Of a stretch of 64,000 nucleotides of DNA, positions 12,231 through 25,859 are shown in pieces. The first letter of the stretch is position 1; each line of letters starts with the position of its first letter. Position numbers and translations under genes: made by a program. The DNA comes from Chrysomallon squamiferum (lineage: Eukaryota; Animalia; Mollusca): contig CM022671.1 of assembly GCA_012295275.1 (NCBI GenBank), forward strand, positions 14,074,001 through 14,138,000, in the 5' to 3' direction. The notes under the pieces were generated by a model. The model saw nothing but the letters and a program-made list of their open reading frames with translations. It was not told where the DNA came from and did not search any database.

Positions 12231-13895
12231 CATTTTTTATTTTTTTATTTTTTTTTTTTTAAAGTTGTTTTTAATGAAATAAGGGAAATCCTATATTTAA
12301 ACAAGTAATATTAATAAATATTCTTAAAGAAATAAATAATGAAATAAATAAATAAATATAAAATTCAGCTAAAAACCTTTTAAATAGCCATGACAGTAAT
12401 TTACACTTTGCCTATATAATAAATTGTTTACTGAGATTAAAAATTATTTTAAATCTAATCTTAGCCATAATGTTGAATATGTCCTAAATGAAAGATTTAT
12501 TGAATTAAAGGTAAATTTAAACAGATTACCTAGCACTGAATTTAACACTATCCATCACTTATCAGTTCTGTAGAAGTCTGAATGAACTTCACGCAGAATG
12601 TCATTGTTGAAGTGTTAAAGTAGAGAACAGAAAAGAGGAAACAAACAGTCTCACTGACTACTTGCACTTTGAAGTCGGGACTTTTTTTCCAAATCTACAT
12701 ATCATGTTGTGACTGTGCCCACAGTTCCAGAGCAAACAGTTGAATCAGTGTATATAACAAAGCAAAAGATGAGGTGGACAGTTAGAATTAGACAGTGAAT
12801 GAAGAAAAAGAAATGATTTGGATGCACAACTTCATGAATCGTCTGTTAAAATATCTCATATTTCTTGATAATATATTTATGTGCATAACATGCACATTTA
12901 TTACTATACACATACAGATATGTAAAATAAAAAGATTCCAATTTTGTTTCTATTTTTTTTTTTTTTTTTTTATGAGGGTTTAAAGTTCAGAGTATTTTTT
13001 TGGTTCACCTGAAGTATCAGTGTCTTATAAAATAGGACTAAATTGATACACCATGTACCAACTAGATAAAATAGAATATGATCCAAAATATATGTTTGTT
13101 TTGGATTTGAATCTTTAAAATACAAAATTTGATTAGGTCTAATTATTTATTTATTTCCAAAATAAACAGTTTAAACTAGTCTTTTACATTTTTTTTTTAT
13201 TTCTATGTAACAGCACATTTCATTCACTCATTTTGAATCAGAAAATTCAAATGGTTCTGTAGACCTACTAATATATATATATATGTTTGGTTTAATGTAC
13301 CAAAACAATATATAAAAACAAATCTGATCCTTAAGGTGTTTATGAAGTCTGATAATGCTAGCTAAAAATATATAATTAAAACAGAAAACAAAATAATTAT
13401 ATTTATTTCAACAAAAATTAATAATTTTGAAAAACATCATCAAAATCCTTAATTAATCCTTTCAAATGAAAAATGTATTTTATTTGTTTATTTTTTTAAA
13501 CTCATTTATATTAAATTTTAAAAAGGTAAAAACATTAATAAAACTCTGAAAATACCAAGAATGTTACCAAGGAAGTCCACAGAACAAAGAATTTATCTTG
13601 CTTGACTTTTGAGTTCCAACAGCTGAAAAAGAGAATTGAAATATTAAGAATAATAACAAACTCAGTAACATTTTTAATGAACAAATGGAGTTGTTTCTCA
13701 AACATGAAACTAATAATTTAAACCTAGGATTAGAGTATTTATAATGTTAGAAAGGTTTCAGGTGTTGTTCTTTTTTTGTCTTTTTTCTTTTTCTAACTTT
13801 ACAATGCTAATCAAAGTTTATATTTTCTGAAATTTAATTAAGTCAGCATAATAAATATCACTGAATCTTAAATACAAAAAGAATAATTTTTAATT

Positions 13896-13898
<3 letters not shown>

Positions 13899-13929
<31 letters not shown>
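13899..13929. repeat. (CA)n microsatellite abutting the hAT terminus
   Basis: Directly visible. Confidence 0.95.
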
Positions 13930-13931
<2 letters not shown>

Positions 13932-16900
13932 GATCAAGCTTTAACTTCTTTAAAGCAAGGCAGGAGTTGCTTTGTGTTTAATCAGGCAAGTTGGAGGTGC
14001 ACCAAGGCAAAAATCCCTTCAAATTAAAAGTACAAAGGCTACTTGATTTATATCAGGTTTTCACAGAAGCAACTGATGGTTTTGCTACTGATGGACTAGG
14101 ATTGTAATTCAGACTCATATTTATTTATATGCAAACATATTACTATTATGATAATTCAGATATTTATTTTAAAATAGCAATAATACATTCAAATGTCACC
14201 TTAACAGAACTAATAATATGTAATTAACAAACTGCATGTATAGAACATATAAGCTGTTATCAAACATTTTAATAACATCGTACAAGTACTATAATTTAGT
14301 TGGTTACTTAGTTAAAATATTGTCGATTCTTTTCAGCTTTGAAAGTCTGCTATCTCAGAATGAATAAATGTTCTAAAAAGGTGCACAGGGTGGGACTGGG
14401 TCAGGATCATCCAAGTTGAAGTTTAAATAAAAAATTAGCCTTCAGTTAAATTAGACCCATCACCTGGATATCCACATCAGTCAAGAAACAACAGGAAAGA
14501 AAAAAACAGACAAGATTGTGTTGTTATTGCAAATGGCTAGCTTTGTGAGGATGTAGGTCTTTTTTGTCAGTGTATTTGACCACATTCAGGGAGTGATGGC
14601 ATGACTATCACATCATGTAAATAGGTGTTATTAGCCCATCAGTATTAACATGATTTGCAGCAAATTATTCCAATGCATTCAATCAGTAATCATATCACAC
14701 ATTGACATTCATTCAAATGCCAAAGTGGCTTTGCCAAATCTTTGAGGTCAATGCAGCTCAGCAGCTAAATTATGGCCAACAACTAACCAAAACTTAGTTC
14801 ATTTGAGTCATTCACTCCTGAAAACTCAAAAGCCTTGCACATTTGTGGCCACTGAATGTAGCTCCTGCATGTCAAATTTAAACAAATAAATACCTAATTA
14901 TCATAATACTGACTTCATTTATATTTGACATGGTCAGTGTTTCTATGGTCAGGGCATGGAGGCAAACCAGGTAGGATAGCCATTTCTGTTGTATTGCCAT
15001 GGAAATTGTCCAGTATTGAAGGCAACCACAGCATTCGCCATCAGTACTGAAGTAAAACCTGAATCCTGCAGAACATGTAAATAAACACTAAAATATTTAT
15101 AAGCCAATAAATTTAAATACTTAACAAATAAATAAATAAATCTGAACTCTTAATTATAAAGTAAATGTTAAATATTTAAAATGAATAATAATAATAATAA
15201 TTAATAAATAAATAAATAAAAGATATCCTAACAGTTAATTAAATCTATCAGAATCTAATTTTGACATAAATGAAATAAGTGAGTTTATAAGGAAAAGATC
15301 CAGATTTTCAGATCACTACAGATTCATGAATTAGTAATATTACACTCTTAGGATACTGTGTACTGTCAATGTGAAATCACATATCAGGGTGCAAAGTAGC
15401 GCTTTATATTTACTTGCCAACTGGCTAATGAAAAAAAAACACTAGCCAACTCGAGATTGTTACTTGCCAGGCAATATATGAAGTACATGTATTAATATAC
15501 AACAATATACAACAAGAACTTTAAACACCAACCTGTGGTGTTTATTTTACTCAAGGGAATGTTCAGAATGCAATCACAGCATTAATGTTTAATATATAGT
15601 ATGCCATTAAAATTATTTCCTACAAACATAACAGTTTCTTCAGAAAATATTAAAAGTATAATCTGCTAGTGGGGCAAGATGGTCACTGAGAAAAATGTCC
15701 TGTGGCCATTCACTTTGACCTAAACACCTGTAGGTTTTTTTGTACCGGAAGACACCAGTTATGATCAAACTGATCAAGTTCATGTCCCTCAGATGAGGTC
15801 AGAATGGCATCTGAAAACCTCCCTACAGAAAAGCTACTTCTGACATCTGACGATCCATTTTGGAGCAAAAAAGGCCCTTTCACACTCTGTTGAACAAATG
15901 GGCAGAACTAACATTATCTCAGCTAGATGAAGCACATTTCTGAAGCCATCTTTGTAAGCCTGTTTCTTCAGTAGCAGCTGCAACAGATCAGTAGAGGCTT
16001 TATCCTTAAAGAAATTTGACACCAACACTTTCAGCTGCCTCCATTCATTTGGAATAACTTCAATGTCACATGCAGCAGCCCTCAGAAAGGGCCCAAACGA
16101 GTTAGATAGTACTTCAAGTTCCTGATTACCAAACACCATCAGCTCTTTTTTAGAGCCCACCAGAAATGGCTGATGGTTTCCACACAGTTCTGAACTGCAT
16201 TTTAAACTTGTCATCTGTTTTTTGAACTCTGTTACCTCTGTTTTATGTCAATATTGTCACTGCTACATTTTCCATATGAGTGCATACTTCTTCATAGTGA
16301 CCATAGTCAGATGCTAAATCTCCACCCTTCTACCCCTCAAGAAAGACTGTCAGTGCTCTGTGCCCACCTAGTTCCCTTCACTGGTGTTGGACTGTAAATC
16401 CTAGCTTCCAACTCATAAGTAATCATTTTAAGGGATCTAAGGGCTGAAATGATAAGTCTTCCATATCAAACCATCTGAAACTGCTAGAACCACAGGACTC
16501 TTTTTTTTGTAACTGAAGTAATGCCAGTTGTAGCCAATTCAGTGGAAATCAATCAAATGTGGAGTATTTTCTTGCAGCTTTGCCACAATTCCATTTCCTT
16601 GTCCCATGTTGCCAGTGGCATCTTCAGCACAGAAACCAACTTTTAAATGTTCTTCACCTAATCCCATTTCAGACACAGCATGTTTAATTGCAGCAACAAC
16701 ACCACTGGCATGTTCTAGTTCCTTAAGTGCTAATATTTTATTTTCTGGGAGGCCTGATGTATTTATTGAACACGTATTACGTCATTCTCGGATATGGAAC
16801 TGCCTGTTGCACCATTAATCATCAGCTTGAGCTCATTCTTTTGCACTATTTTCTCTTACTAGCTATTGTTGAAAGCATTTCAGCACACTTCACATCATAT

Positions 16901-19375
16901 CCTGGTGTAATAGCAATACCGTTTTTCTATTGTAGGGTTAAAAGAGTTCTAAATTGTTTGAAAGACATTTCTTCTTTGGCAATGCAATAAGCTGTGTTAA
17001 ATTTAACATTTAGCTCTGTGACAAAATTTTCATTAAACTGTTTTGCAATAATCTAGTTACCAGAAGGCTAGTGTTTTACAAAATTTAAATCACCATAGCA
17101 AAATTTCACTCACAGTATTGCACCCTGCAAAACAAAACAAAATAGTTTACAGATGTACAATAAATAAGATTCTATAAAAATACTTTTTTAATAATTAATA
17201 ATGAGAATTTGGTTTTTAATAAAGTAGTAGCACTTTGTCAAAACATTAATATTTTTGTTGAAAATGAATAAATATACTGCAATATTACTCATTTACAATA
17301 TTTATTTTAAAATTTTAAGAACATGAAAGAAAATAAAAAAGAATTAACTGATGAAAATTAAAAAACCTATCAGTTAAAAAATAGATTTAACTTTCATTTA
17401 GTTTAAAGTTTCTAAACTACTTCCTGCTGGTTTATTTATTACTGATTGATACAATTCCTAATTTAAAAAAAAATATAACAAAAACAAAAAATAACAAAAG
17501 AAAACAAAAGAAATAATCTAAAAAAGCAAAAAATCCTCCAAACCCCTCAATAATAGTCCTAATATGTTTCTAATCTTTTTTAAATATTTGAATGATTTAC
17601 CTGTCCAGTTTGTCCATCATGATGTCTGCCTCAGTGGAGTAAGTCATTGATGTGGATACCATTTCTTCTCATGCTCACATCCCTGTCCTTCCTTTCAAGC
17701 TACATAAAAATAAATCTTTATATAAATCTACTGGAGACAATTTTGGATACTTTTTAAGTTATCTTAAATTGATTATTTGTTAAATAACACCTAACAATTG
17801 CCTTTACATTTTATATTCATCAATGTTTATAATTGTTATATATCTTCAGTAACTGAAAATAATTTTTAATTATCAAAAAAAAAAAAAAAGAAAGAAAAAA
17901 AAAAAAGAACATTAAATAAAGAAAAAGAAGAAATGACATCAAATCCCAAATGTTAGAATATCAGTTGGAAAATCTTTGTTACCAAAGTTTCAGAATGGTG
18001 GAATTTCTATTAGTAAATTAACTAATGTACTTAATTAGTCATGAAAATCTCTATTTACTCTAAGCAACTAATTTGAACTTTAAAATGATTCATTTTTATT
18101 ACTCTCCAGGTGTAAAAGTATTAGCATCATACAGTTGAGATTAGCTTATAAACAGAAAGAAGTTTAGAAATAACTGCTCAAGTGTTCAGATTTCTGTAGT
18201 AAGTGCCTGATGAAAACTTTAATTCTTTCACACTTCCCAATCTTCTGTCTGTCTTTCCACGACAGTCTGAAATAACTAAAATAATGTTAAAACAATTTTG
18301 GGTCATTACACCATGTAAACATGATATCTGTTGTAACACATCTGCATATACACTAAACCCTGGAAAACATGAATTTAATAAAATCATTTATATAAATTAG
18401 AGAAAAAAATAATAATAAAAAAAATTCAAATTATTAAATGAAATACTAACAGTATGCTGGATGACTGTATAATTAAACATAGGTTTGTTTCAATATATAA
18501 AATGAAATGCTAATAGCCTGCTGGATGTCTGTTATCTGCAAAATTCTGATGGGTACTTCCATCAGACAGCCAGAACCTGGACAAACTTCCTGTCGTGAGA
18601 TCTGCATAGAACAGAAACAAAATACAAAAATTTCAGAATTTAATTCAAAAATTAAATTATTATGATTTGTATTTATTTGATGTTTCGAAAAACTTAACAT
18701 GGTTAAACTAATTACACTATTTTAATTTATCATTAAAAAAAAAAAAAAAAAAAAAAAAAATATTATTATTATGATAAATAAATAAATTAAAAGAAGTTGT
18801 GATAAAAAAAACACATGAATTTATAAAATAAAATTTATATTCAAAACAATAAAATAAAGGAAAAAAAAACATTTTTACCTTCTTGAAGTCCATTTATGTC
18901 ACCTACAGTCTGCACACACAAACTACCAATACAGCATATGTGTGTAAACCATCCTGAAACATAATTCATAATAAACAAATGCTGAGGACTTTATAAATAA
19001 TTATGTATCAAGTTAATTATCTGTAACATGCATGTAAGAGTTTCTGAAAGGAGTAATTAAAACAAAAACTAAACAATGCACATTCTTTCTAATCATTTAA
19101 AGACATCACATTTTGGAAATGTTTTGTTTATTCTGAATTGTGTCTTTTACTGTTTTATGTATATAAATAAGTGCAATAAGGATGTAAACAGATATAGAAA
19201 CATTTTTGAAAATTCAGTTTAAAAAAAAAAATGAAGAAATAGTGATTTCTTAAGATGTCTTGCATCTCTCTTCCACAGTTTAAGAGGAAAAAAATCCCAG
19301 TTTGGGGTGTTACCTCAGCTATGTTAAGTACATTTGATCATGGACTGATGGGTCGCAAGGAGGCATTGATCCCTC
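13928..19375 (-). mobile_element. Older degenerate hAT element with an intron-split ZNF862-like transposase; hosts the 15385-17127 element
   Basis: Ends CAGGGATCAA (13928) and GAGGGATCAA (minus strand from 19375). Exon-like pieces with AG acceptors at 18953-18879 (..VQTVGDINGLQE), 18601-~18518 (DL..RKFVQVLA/SDGSTH), 18266-~18206, 17699-17601 (..IMMDKL) and 15065-~14930 (FSTDG/ANAVVAFNTG..LVCLH/..HR) give hAT catalytic motifs DGST, xDGA and CxxH-like in the correct order, with frameshifts and stops. No TSD seen. Confidence 0.6.
15385..17127 (-). mobile_element. Degenerate hAT DNA transposon (ZNF862-like transposase), internally deleted
   Basis: 10-bp terminal inverted repeat CAGGGTGCAA at 15385 and its reverse complement ending 17127. 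Minus-strand remnants KFNTAYCIAKEEMSFKQFRTLLTLQ*KNGI (near 17.0 kb) and LAEIMLVLPICSTECERAF (hAT C-terminal dimerisation motif, ORF 15834-16214). No 8-bp TSD is recognisable. Confidence 0.8.
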
Positions 19376-19919
19376 ATGCTAAAGCTTCCTATCACTATAT
19401 CTGATTCCTGGAAGTGTGAAATTGTTTTGAGAACAAAATGGAATAAAATTAGAAAACCGGCTTTTCTTTTGAAAATCAGCTTACACAGTCCAGAACCAAT
19501 TGTTTGCTTAGACCAGAATAGCCTTCAAAATTTTATAATAATAAAAATAATTGTCATTATTACAATTATTTTATTTTGAAGCTATTTTAAACTCTGCTCA
19601 TCATTTATTTCAGATATAAAACATTAATAAATGTTCTGTCACCAGCTGAGTCACTGCTACCATTATTGATATTGACATCTTTGCCAATAAAATAACATTA
19701 ACAATATTTTTCTCAAGATTCTAACTATATAAAATATATATAAGGAATAACAAAAAAAGAAATAAACAAAAATATATGATATACTGAAGTTTATAAAAGA
19801 TTCATATTTAACTTATCAAAGATATTTATTTGTAGAAGAGAAACCCTTCCACAGCATCAACTGTTTATCATCAATAATAAAATTAAAATAATTATTAAAA
19901 TGATTAATTTATTTATTTC

Positions 19920-19997
19920 TTATTATTATTATTAGTAGTAGTAGTAGTAGTACTATTGGTAGTTGTAGTCGTAGTCGTAGTCGTAGTAGTAGTAGTA
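19920..19997. repeat. (TAT)n/(TAG)n/(GTAGTC)n compound microsatellite
   Basis: Directly visible. Confidence 0.93.
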
Positions 19998-20104
19998 ATT
20001 GTATACATAAAATAAATAAATAAATAAATAATATTATTTTTACTCTTTTTTTAGTTCCTAAAAATAAATAAATAAATACTAAACAAATAAAAATTTATTT
20101 TTAG

Positions 20105-20645
20105 GAACTAACTGAAATCGACTGGTAATAAAAAGCAAACGACTCGACAGTAAAACTAGGTTATGTCTTGCTGCACGTGATTATCGTGTTTTATTTTTAG
20201 CTAAAGAAATACGAAATCTTTAATAATAATAATCACATAGCAACTAAATTTTACATTATTTTTATCTATTCAAATACAAACAGTTATATTAATAATATTC
20301 ATATAGCAAATAAATTATAAATTTTAAAATACGTAATGAAAGTAAAAATAATTTTCGCGCGTGGCTTCAAGCCGTAATCTCGTCTCGGTTAATCACGTCA
20401 CAGTGTCACAGACGCGCCACGAACGAAGTATGACGTTTTTGTAAGTATTATCGATAATTTGGTTTTATTAAATGTTATTTTGCAATAAATTCAACTTTTA
20501 TGATTTATATGTCAGTTGAAATAGTTTCTGTGGATGTCAAGTGGTTATTTTTCTGTTAAATGTTCAATTACTGAATTTGCCAAAATTGAAGTCCTTTTTC
20601 AGTGTTTAATGGCAAGTAAAGTACAAATTTCGCAATAGATGGGAA
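20105..20645. promoter_or_regulatory. CpG-rich promoter-like module, copy 2; possibly bidirectional
   Basis: Local CpG cluster in CpG-depleted DNA; CACGTG at 20174-20179; perfect DRE TATCGATA at 20449-20456; donor GTAAGT at 20441 (plus) and GTTAGT at 20112 (minus). Confidence 0.6.
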
Positions 20646-20899
20646 TACGTGATTTAACTTGTAATCACTGAATATTAATAATAAACCCAGATATCAATAT
20701 TTTCTCTAACACTACACTTATGAAAGCTAATTCTTTTTCATTTCATTATGACTTCCAGAATGAAGATTTTTTTCAATAATGAAAATAAGTCGTTACAAGA
20801 AAGAAGACAAAAGGACATCCAAATCGACATAAGGTAAGTACTCAAGCAAACTGACCAGTGGTCATTTAAAATATGTAATAATAAATACAATAATAATAA

Positions 20900-23800
20900 C
20901 AATAAGAACAATAATAGGGCTCATTTAGGAAAATACAAATATAAAAACATTTTAACAGAAATAGAAAATCAAAAATTATAAAACTATGTAATATAAATAT
21001 TTTTTAATGAAATATTAAAATCTGAAATGTAACGGAAATTAATAATAATAATAACAACAACAACATTCAAGAGATAATTTTGGATAATACAAATTTGAAA
21101 CCATTTTAACTGACACTTCTCTTCAATCCAAAGAGCTAGTGAAATTAATCCATTAATTTCATGTTCAAGTAAGATAAAATAAAATAATTGAATGAGCTCT
21201 ATTATATTATTGTTATTATTCTAGTAATTTTATTTGTATTAAAAAAATAGTCTGTATAGAAATTAAAAATTATAAAAGAATGTAATATAAATATTTCTGA
21301 CTGAAATATTAAAATCTGAAATGTTACAAACATAACTAATAATAACAACAACAACAACTTAACACAGATAATTTATGATATTAGAAATTAGAAACCATTT
21401 TAACTGATAGTTCTCTTCAATATAAACAGATGCTGAAAGTATTCACTAATTTCATTGTTCAAGTAAAATTAAATATTACTTCAGATAATGCAGTGTTGAC
21501 ATTGATCTATGCATCATGCATTTGTTGTTAAGCTTAGTCTTCTTAACTGACTTAAAGAGAAAATAATTAATATTAATATGGCAGTCAGTAAAAATAAATA
21601 ACTTATAAAAATTATAAAAATTGAAACAGTCATTAAGATTTAAAATTCACCCTGAATGAAGGAAACAATTCATCAGTTCAAAGCAGACCGAGTAAAATTT
21701 GCAATGTAACACAGATAATTTAGAATAGAAAAATTTGAAACCATTTTAGCTGACAGTTCTCTTTAACCTAAACAGTTGCTGGAATTATTACACTAATTTC
21801 ATTGTGCAAGTAAGATTAAGTATTACTTCAGGCTAATTTAGTGTTGGTATCAATTTGTTATTAAGCTGAAAGTCTTCTAAATTGAATTAACGAGAAAATA
21901 ATCAGCACTAATATGGCTATTGCTAAAAGGAAATAAATGACAAAACAAAAATTCAGCCACAGTCACTGAGATTTAAAACTCATCTGGTAAATAATGCATT
22001 CGTTCAAAGCAGACCGAGTCAAATTTGGAACATACAAAGATAATTTAGCATAATACAAATTTGAAAACATTTTAACTGATAGTTCTCTTTAATCAAATGA
22101 GCTGCTGAAATCATTGCACTAATATCATTAAATATTCATATGGCTATTGGTAAAAGTAAATAAATTATCAAAATTATCAAAATTCAAACGTAGTCATTCA
22201 GATATAAAATGTACCCAGTATGAAGGAAACTATTTATTAAAATCACACCACGTTAAATGTGCAACATAATTTATGATAATACAAATTAGAAAACAATTTA
22301 ACTAATAGATTGTCTTTAATCTAAACAGACGCCGAAATTACTACATTAATTTGATTGTTCAAGATTAAATATTATTTCAGACTAATCCAATATTGATATT
22401 AATCTATGCATCATGCATTTGTTGTTAAGCTTATTGTGTTCTAAACTGAGATAACGAGTAAATAATAAGCACTAATATCGCTATTGCTAAAAGGAAATAA
22501 ACTACAAAACAAAAATTCTGACTAAAAGAGAAAATAATAAATAATAAAATATATATTAATAAAAATCAAAAAATTATAAAAGTTTAGCTGCAGCAGGTAA
22601 GATTTAAAACAAAAACACAAGAAAATAGTATGAAGAAGTTAAATTTTCAACAAAATTGTAAAAATCGGCATTAATTTGAAACTATGGGTATACTTATAAA
22701 TAATTCAAGAAACTACTGAAAACAATAGTTTAAGTATGTATTAGTATTACCATAATTAAAATTTAACTGCAGTAGGTAAGATAAAAAAAAAATAGTATGA
22801 AGGACACAATCCATACATTCAAATCAGATAGAGTTAAATTTTCAACAAAAATATAAAAATCACTTAGCATTAATTGGAAATTCTTGAATTATTTATAAAT
22901 ATACCCACAAAGTACTGAAAACAATAGTTTAAGTATGTATTACCATAATTACAATTTATCAAACTGGTACTAAGACATTCTATTGTAATGTCAATATCAC
23001 AATGAACTAAGTAATAAAAAAAATTCTGTAACATTAATTTTTATTTAAAAATAATAAATAATAAACCATATTATTAAAAATGAATAAATTATAAAAGTTT
23101 AGCTGCAGTAGGTAAGATTTAAAAAAAAAAAAAAATAGTATGAAGGATACAATCCCTACATTCAAATCAGATCGAAGTTAAATTTTCAACAAAAATAAAA
23201 AAAAAAAAAATCACTTAGAATTAATTGGAAATTGTGTGTATATTTATAAATAATTCAAGAAAGTACTGAAAACAATAGTTTAAGTATGTATTACCATAAT
23301 TACAATTTATCAAACTGGTACTAAGACATTCTATTGTAATGTCAATATCACAAAGAACACTAAGTAATAAAAACAAACATTCTGTAACATTAATTTTTGT
23401 TTGAAAGCCTCATAATTAAGTTTATTTTTCAGGAGTATAGAGATTTAGGAAATATAATCAACTGAACTACTATATTATTATTATTATTATTATTATTATT
23501 TAGCAATTTTTTTCTATAGTACATTAAATTTTGAAAATAGTGTAGAGAAATTGAAAATTGAAAATTACAGAAGTATGTAAGATAAATATATCCGACTAAA
23601 ATATTAAAATCTAAAATGTAACAAAAGTTAATAAGATAACAGACCTTATTTCAGATACTAGAAATTAGAAACCATTTCAACTGATAGTTCTCTTCATCAA
23701 AAGAGCTGCTGAAAATAATAAATAATAAACCATATTATTAAAAATGAATAAATTATAAAAGTTTAGCTGCAGTAGGTAAGATATGAAAAACAAAAAAAAA

Positions 23801-25792
23801 TAGTATGAAGGACACAATCCATACATTCAAATCAGATTGAGTTAAATTTTCAACGAAAATATAAAAATCACTTAGCATTAATTTGAAACTGTGGGTATAT
23901 TCATAGGTAATTCAAGGAACTACTGAAAACAATAGTTTAAGTATGTATTACCATAATTACAATTTATCAAACTGGTACTAAGACATTCTATTGTAATGTC
24001 AATATCACAAAGAACACTAAGTAATAAAAAGAACAATTCTGTAACATTAATTTTTGTTTAAAAGCCTCAATAAAGCTTATTTTTCAGGAGTATAGACATT
24101 TAGGAAATATAATCAACTGAACTACTGTATTATTATTATTATTATTAATATTGCTGTTATTGTTGTAGCCATTTTTGTTTTATTCAAATCAAACTGTAGT
24201 ACCTTAAATTTTCAAAAATGTACACAAATTTTCAACTAAAAATTCTAGAAGTAAGTAAGATAAATGTTTCTGATAAAATATTAAAAGCTAAAATGTAACA
24301 ACAAATTAATAGGCCTTATTTCAGATATTAGAAATTAGAAACCATTTTAACTCAGTTCTCTTTCATCAAAAGAACTGCTGAAATTATTGCACTGATTTCA
24401 TTGTTAAAGTAAGAATAAATATTTCTTCAGACTATTTCAATGTTGATATTAATCTGTGTATCAAGGGTTTGTTGTTAAGCATAGTCTTCTAAACTGATTA
24501 AAATAGAAAATAATAAATAATAAAAGTTTAACTGCAGTAGGTAAGATTTAAAAAAAAAAAACTATTATGGTGGAAATAATCCACAAATGCAAATCAGATT
24601 GAGTAAAATTTTCAACGAAAATATAAAAATCACTTAGCATTAATTTGAAACTAAGGGTGTATTCATAGATAATTCAAGAAAGTACTCAAAACAATGGTTT
24701 AAGCATGTATTACCATAAATACAATTTATCTAACTGGTACTAAGTCATTCTGTTGTAATCTCAATATCACAATATGAACTAAGTAATAAAAAAAGGATTA
24801 AATATTTCTTCAGTCTGATCAAGTGTCTATATTAATATATGCATCAAGAATTTGTTAAGCTTATATTTCTAAACTGACTAAAAGAGAAAATAATAAATAA
24901 TAAAATATATATTATTAATAATAAGTAAATTATAAAAATTTAATCAGTCATTAAGATTTAAAAGAAAATAAATACAGCATGAAGGAAACAATGCAAAAAT
25001 TCAAATCAGACTGAGTTACAGTTAAAAACATTTAAAAAATTAGCATTGCTTTGAAACTACTGTTCTATTTACATATAATTCAAGAACCTACTGAAAATAA
25101 TAGATCAAGTAAGTTTTATTATGATTACAGTTTATCAGATCCTATGACATTCTATCGTAATCTCAAAAACAACACCTAATTTTCACTACCAGAAAGGAGA
25201 AATGACAAGCAGGGATATTATAAATTAAAAAATATAAAATAATGACATCAGTAATATTGCACTGCCCGTGATATTACTGATATATTGGTGATGATCTCAA
25301 ATTTGGCAGACGTGTTAGAGATCACCTGCTCAATCTCTAACAGACTTGTCTATTGACTAAACCTGTTATAAATTCATTGATTTCATTTAGTTAATTTCTT
25401 CTTTTACCTGCTTTGTCAAATTTCCTTTTTCTTGGAGTGAATATTTATTTTAAAAATAATGAATTAAAATAATAAATAAGAATCAAATTAAATTGCATTT
25501 AAAAGAACTTTGTTTTTGTGAATCATTCACTGTTTCTGCCAATAGCCGAGCATTGTTTCCAATTGCTGTAATGTTACACATTTATTCAGACATTTCTGAT
25601 TAAATCATTCACATTCTTAAAGTTTTGTTTAACTCATACTTAACTAATCTTTTCAGATTATTTGGAAATATAATGTAAACTAAGTAATAAAAACAAAACA
25701 ATTCTGTAACATTAACTTTTATTTAAAAGCCTCAATAAAGCTTATTTTTCAGGAGTATACAGCTATAGGAAATCTAATCAACTGAACTACTA

Positions 25793-25859
<67 letters not shown>

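Noticed and set aside
13568-13622. Isolated exon-like block (TTTTTCAG|CTG...TTG|GTAAC, minus strand)
   Set aside because: No recognisable coding similarity or partner exon; cannot be supported without transcripts.
17114-17124. Apparent 11-nt micro-exon (TTTTGCAG|GGTGCAATACT|GTGAGT, minus strand)
   Set aside because: It coincides with the terminal inverted repeat of the inner hAT element, which explains the sequence; exonisation is not excluded but is unsupported.
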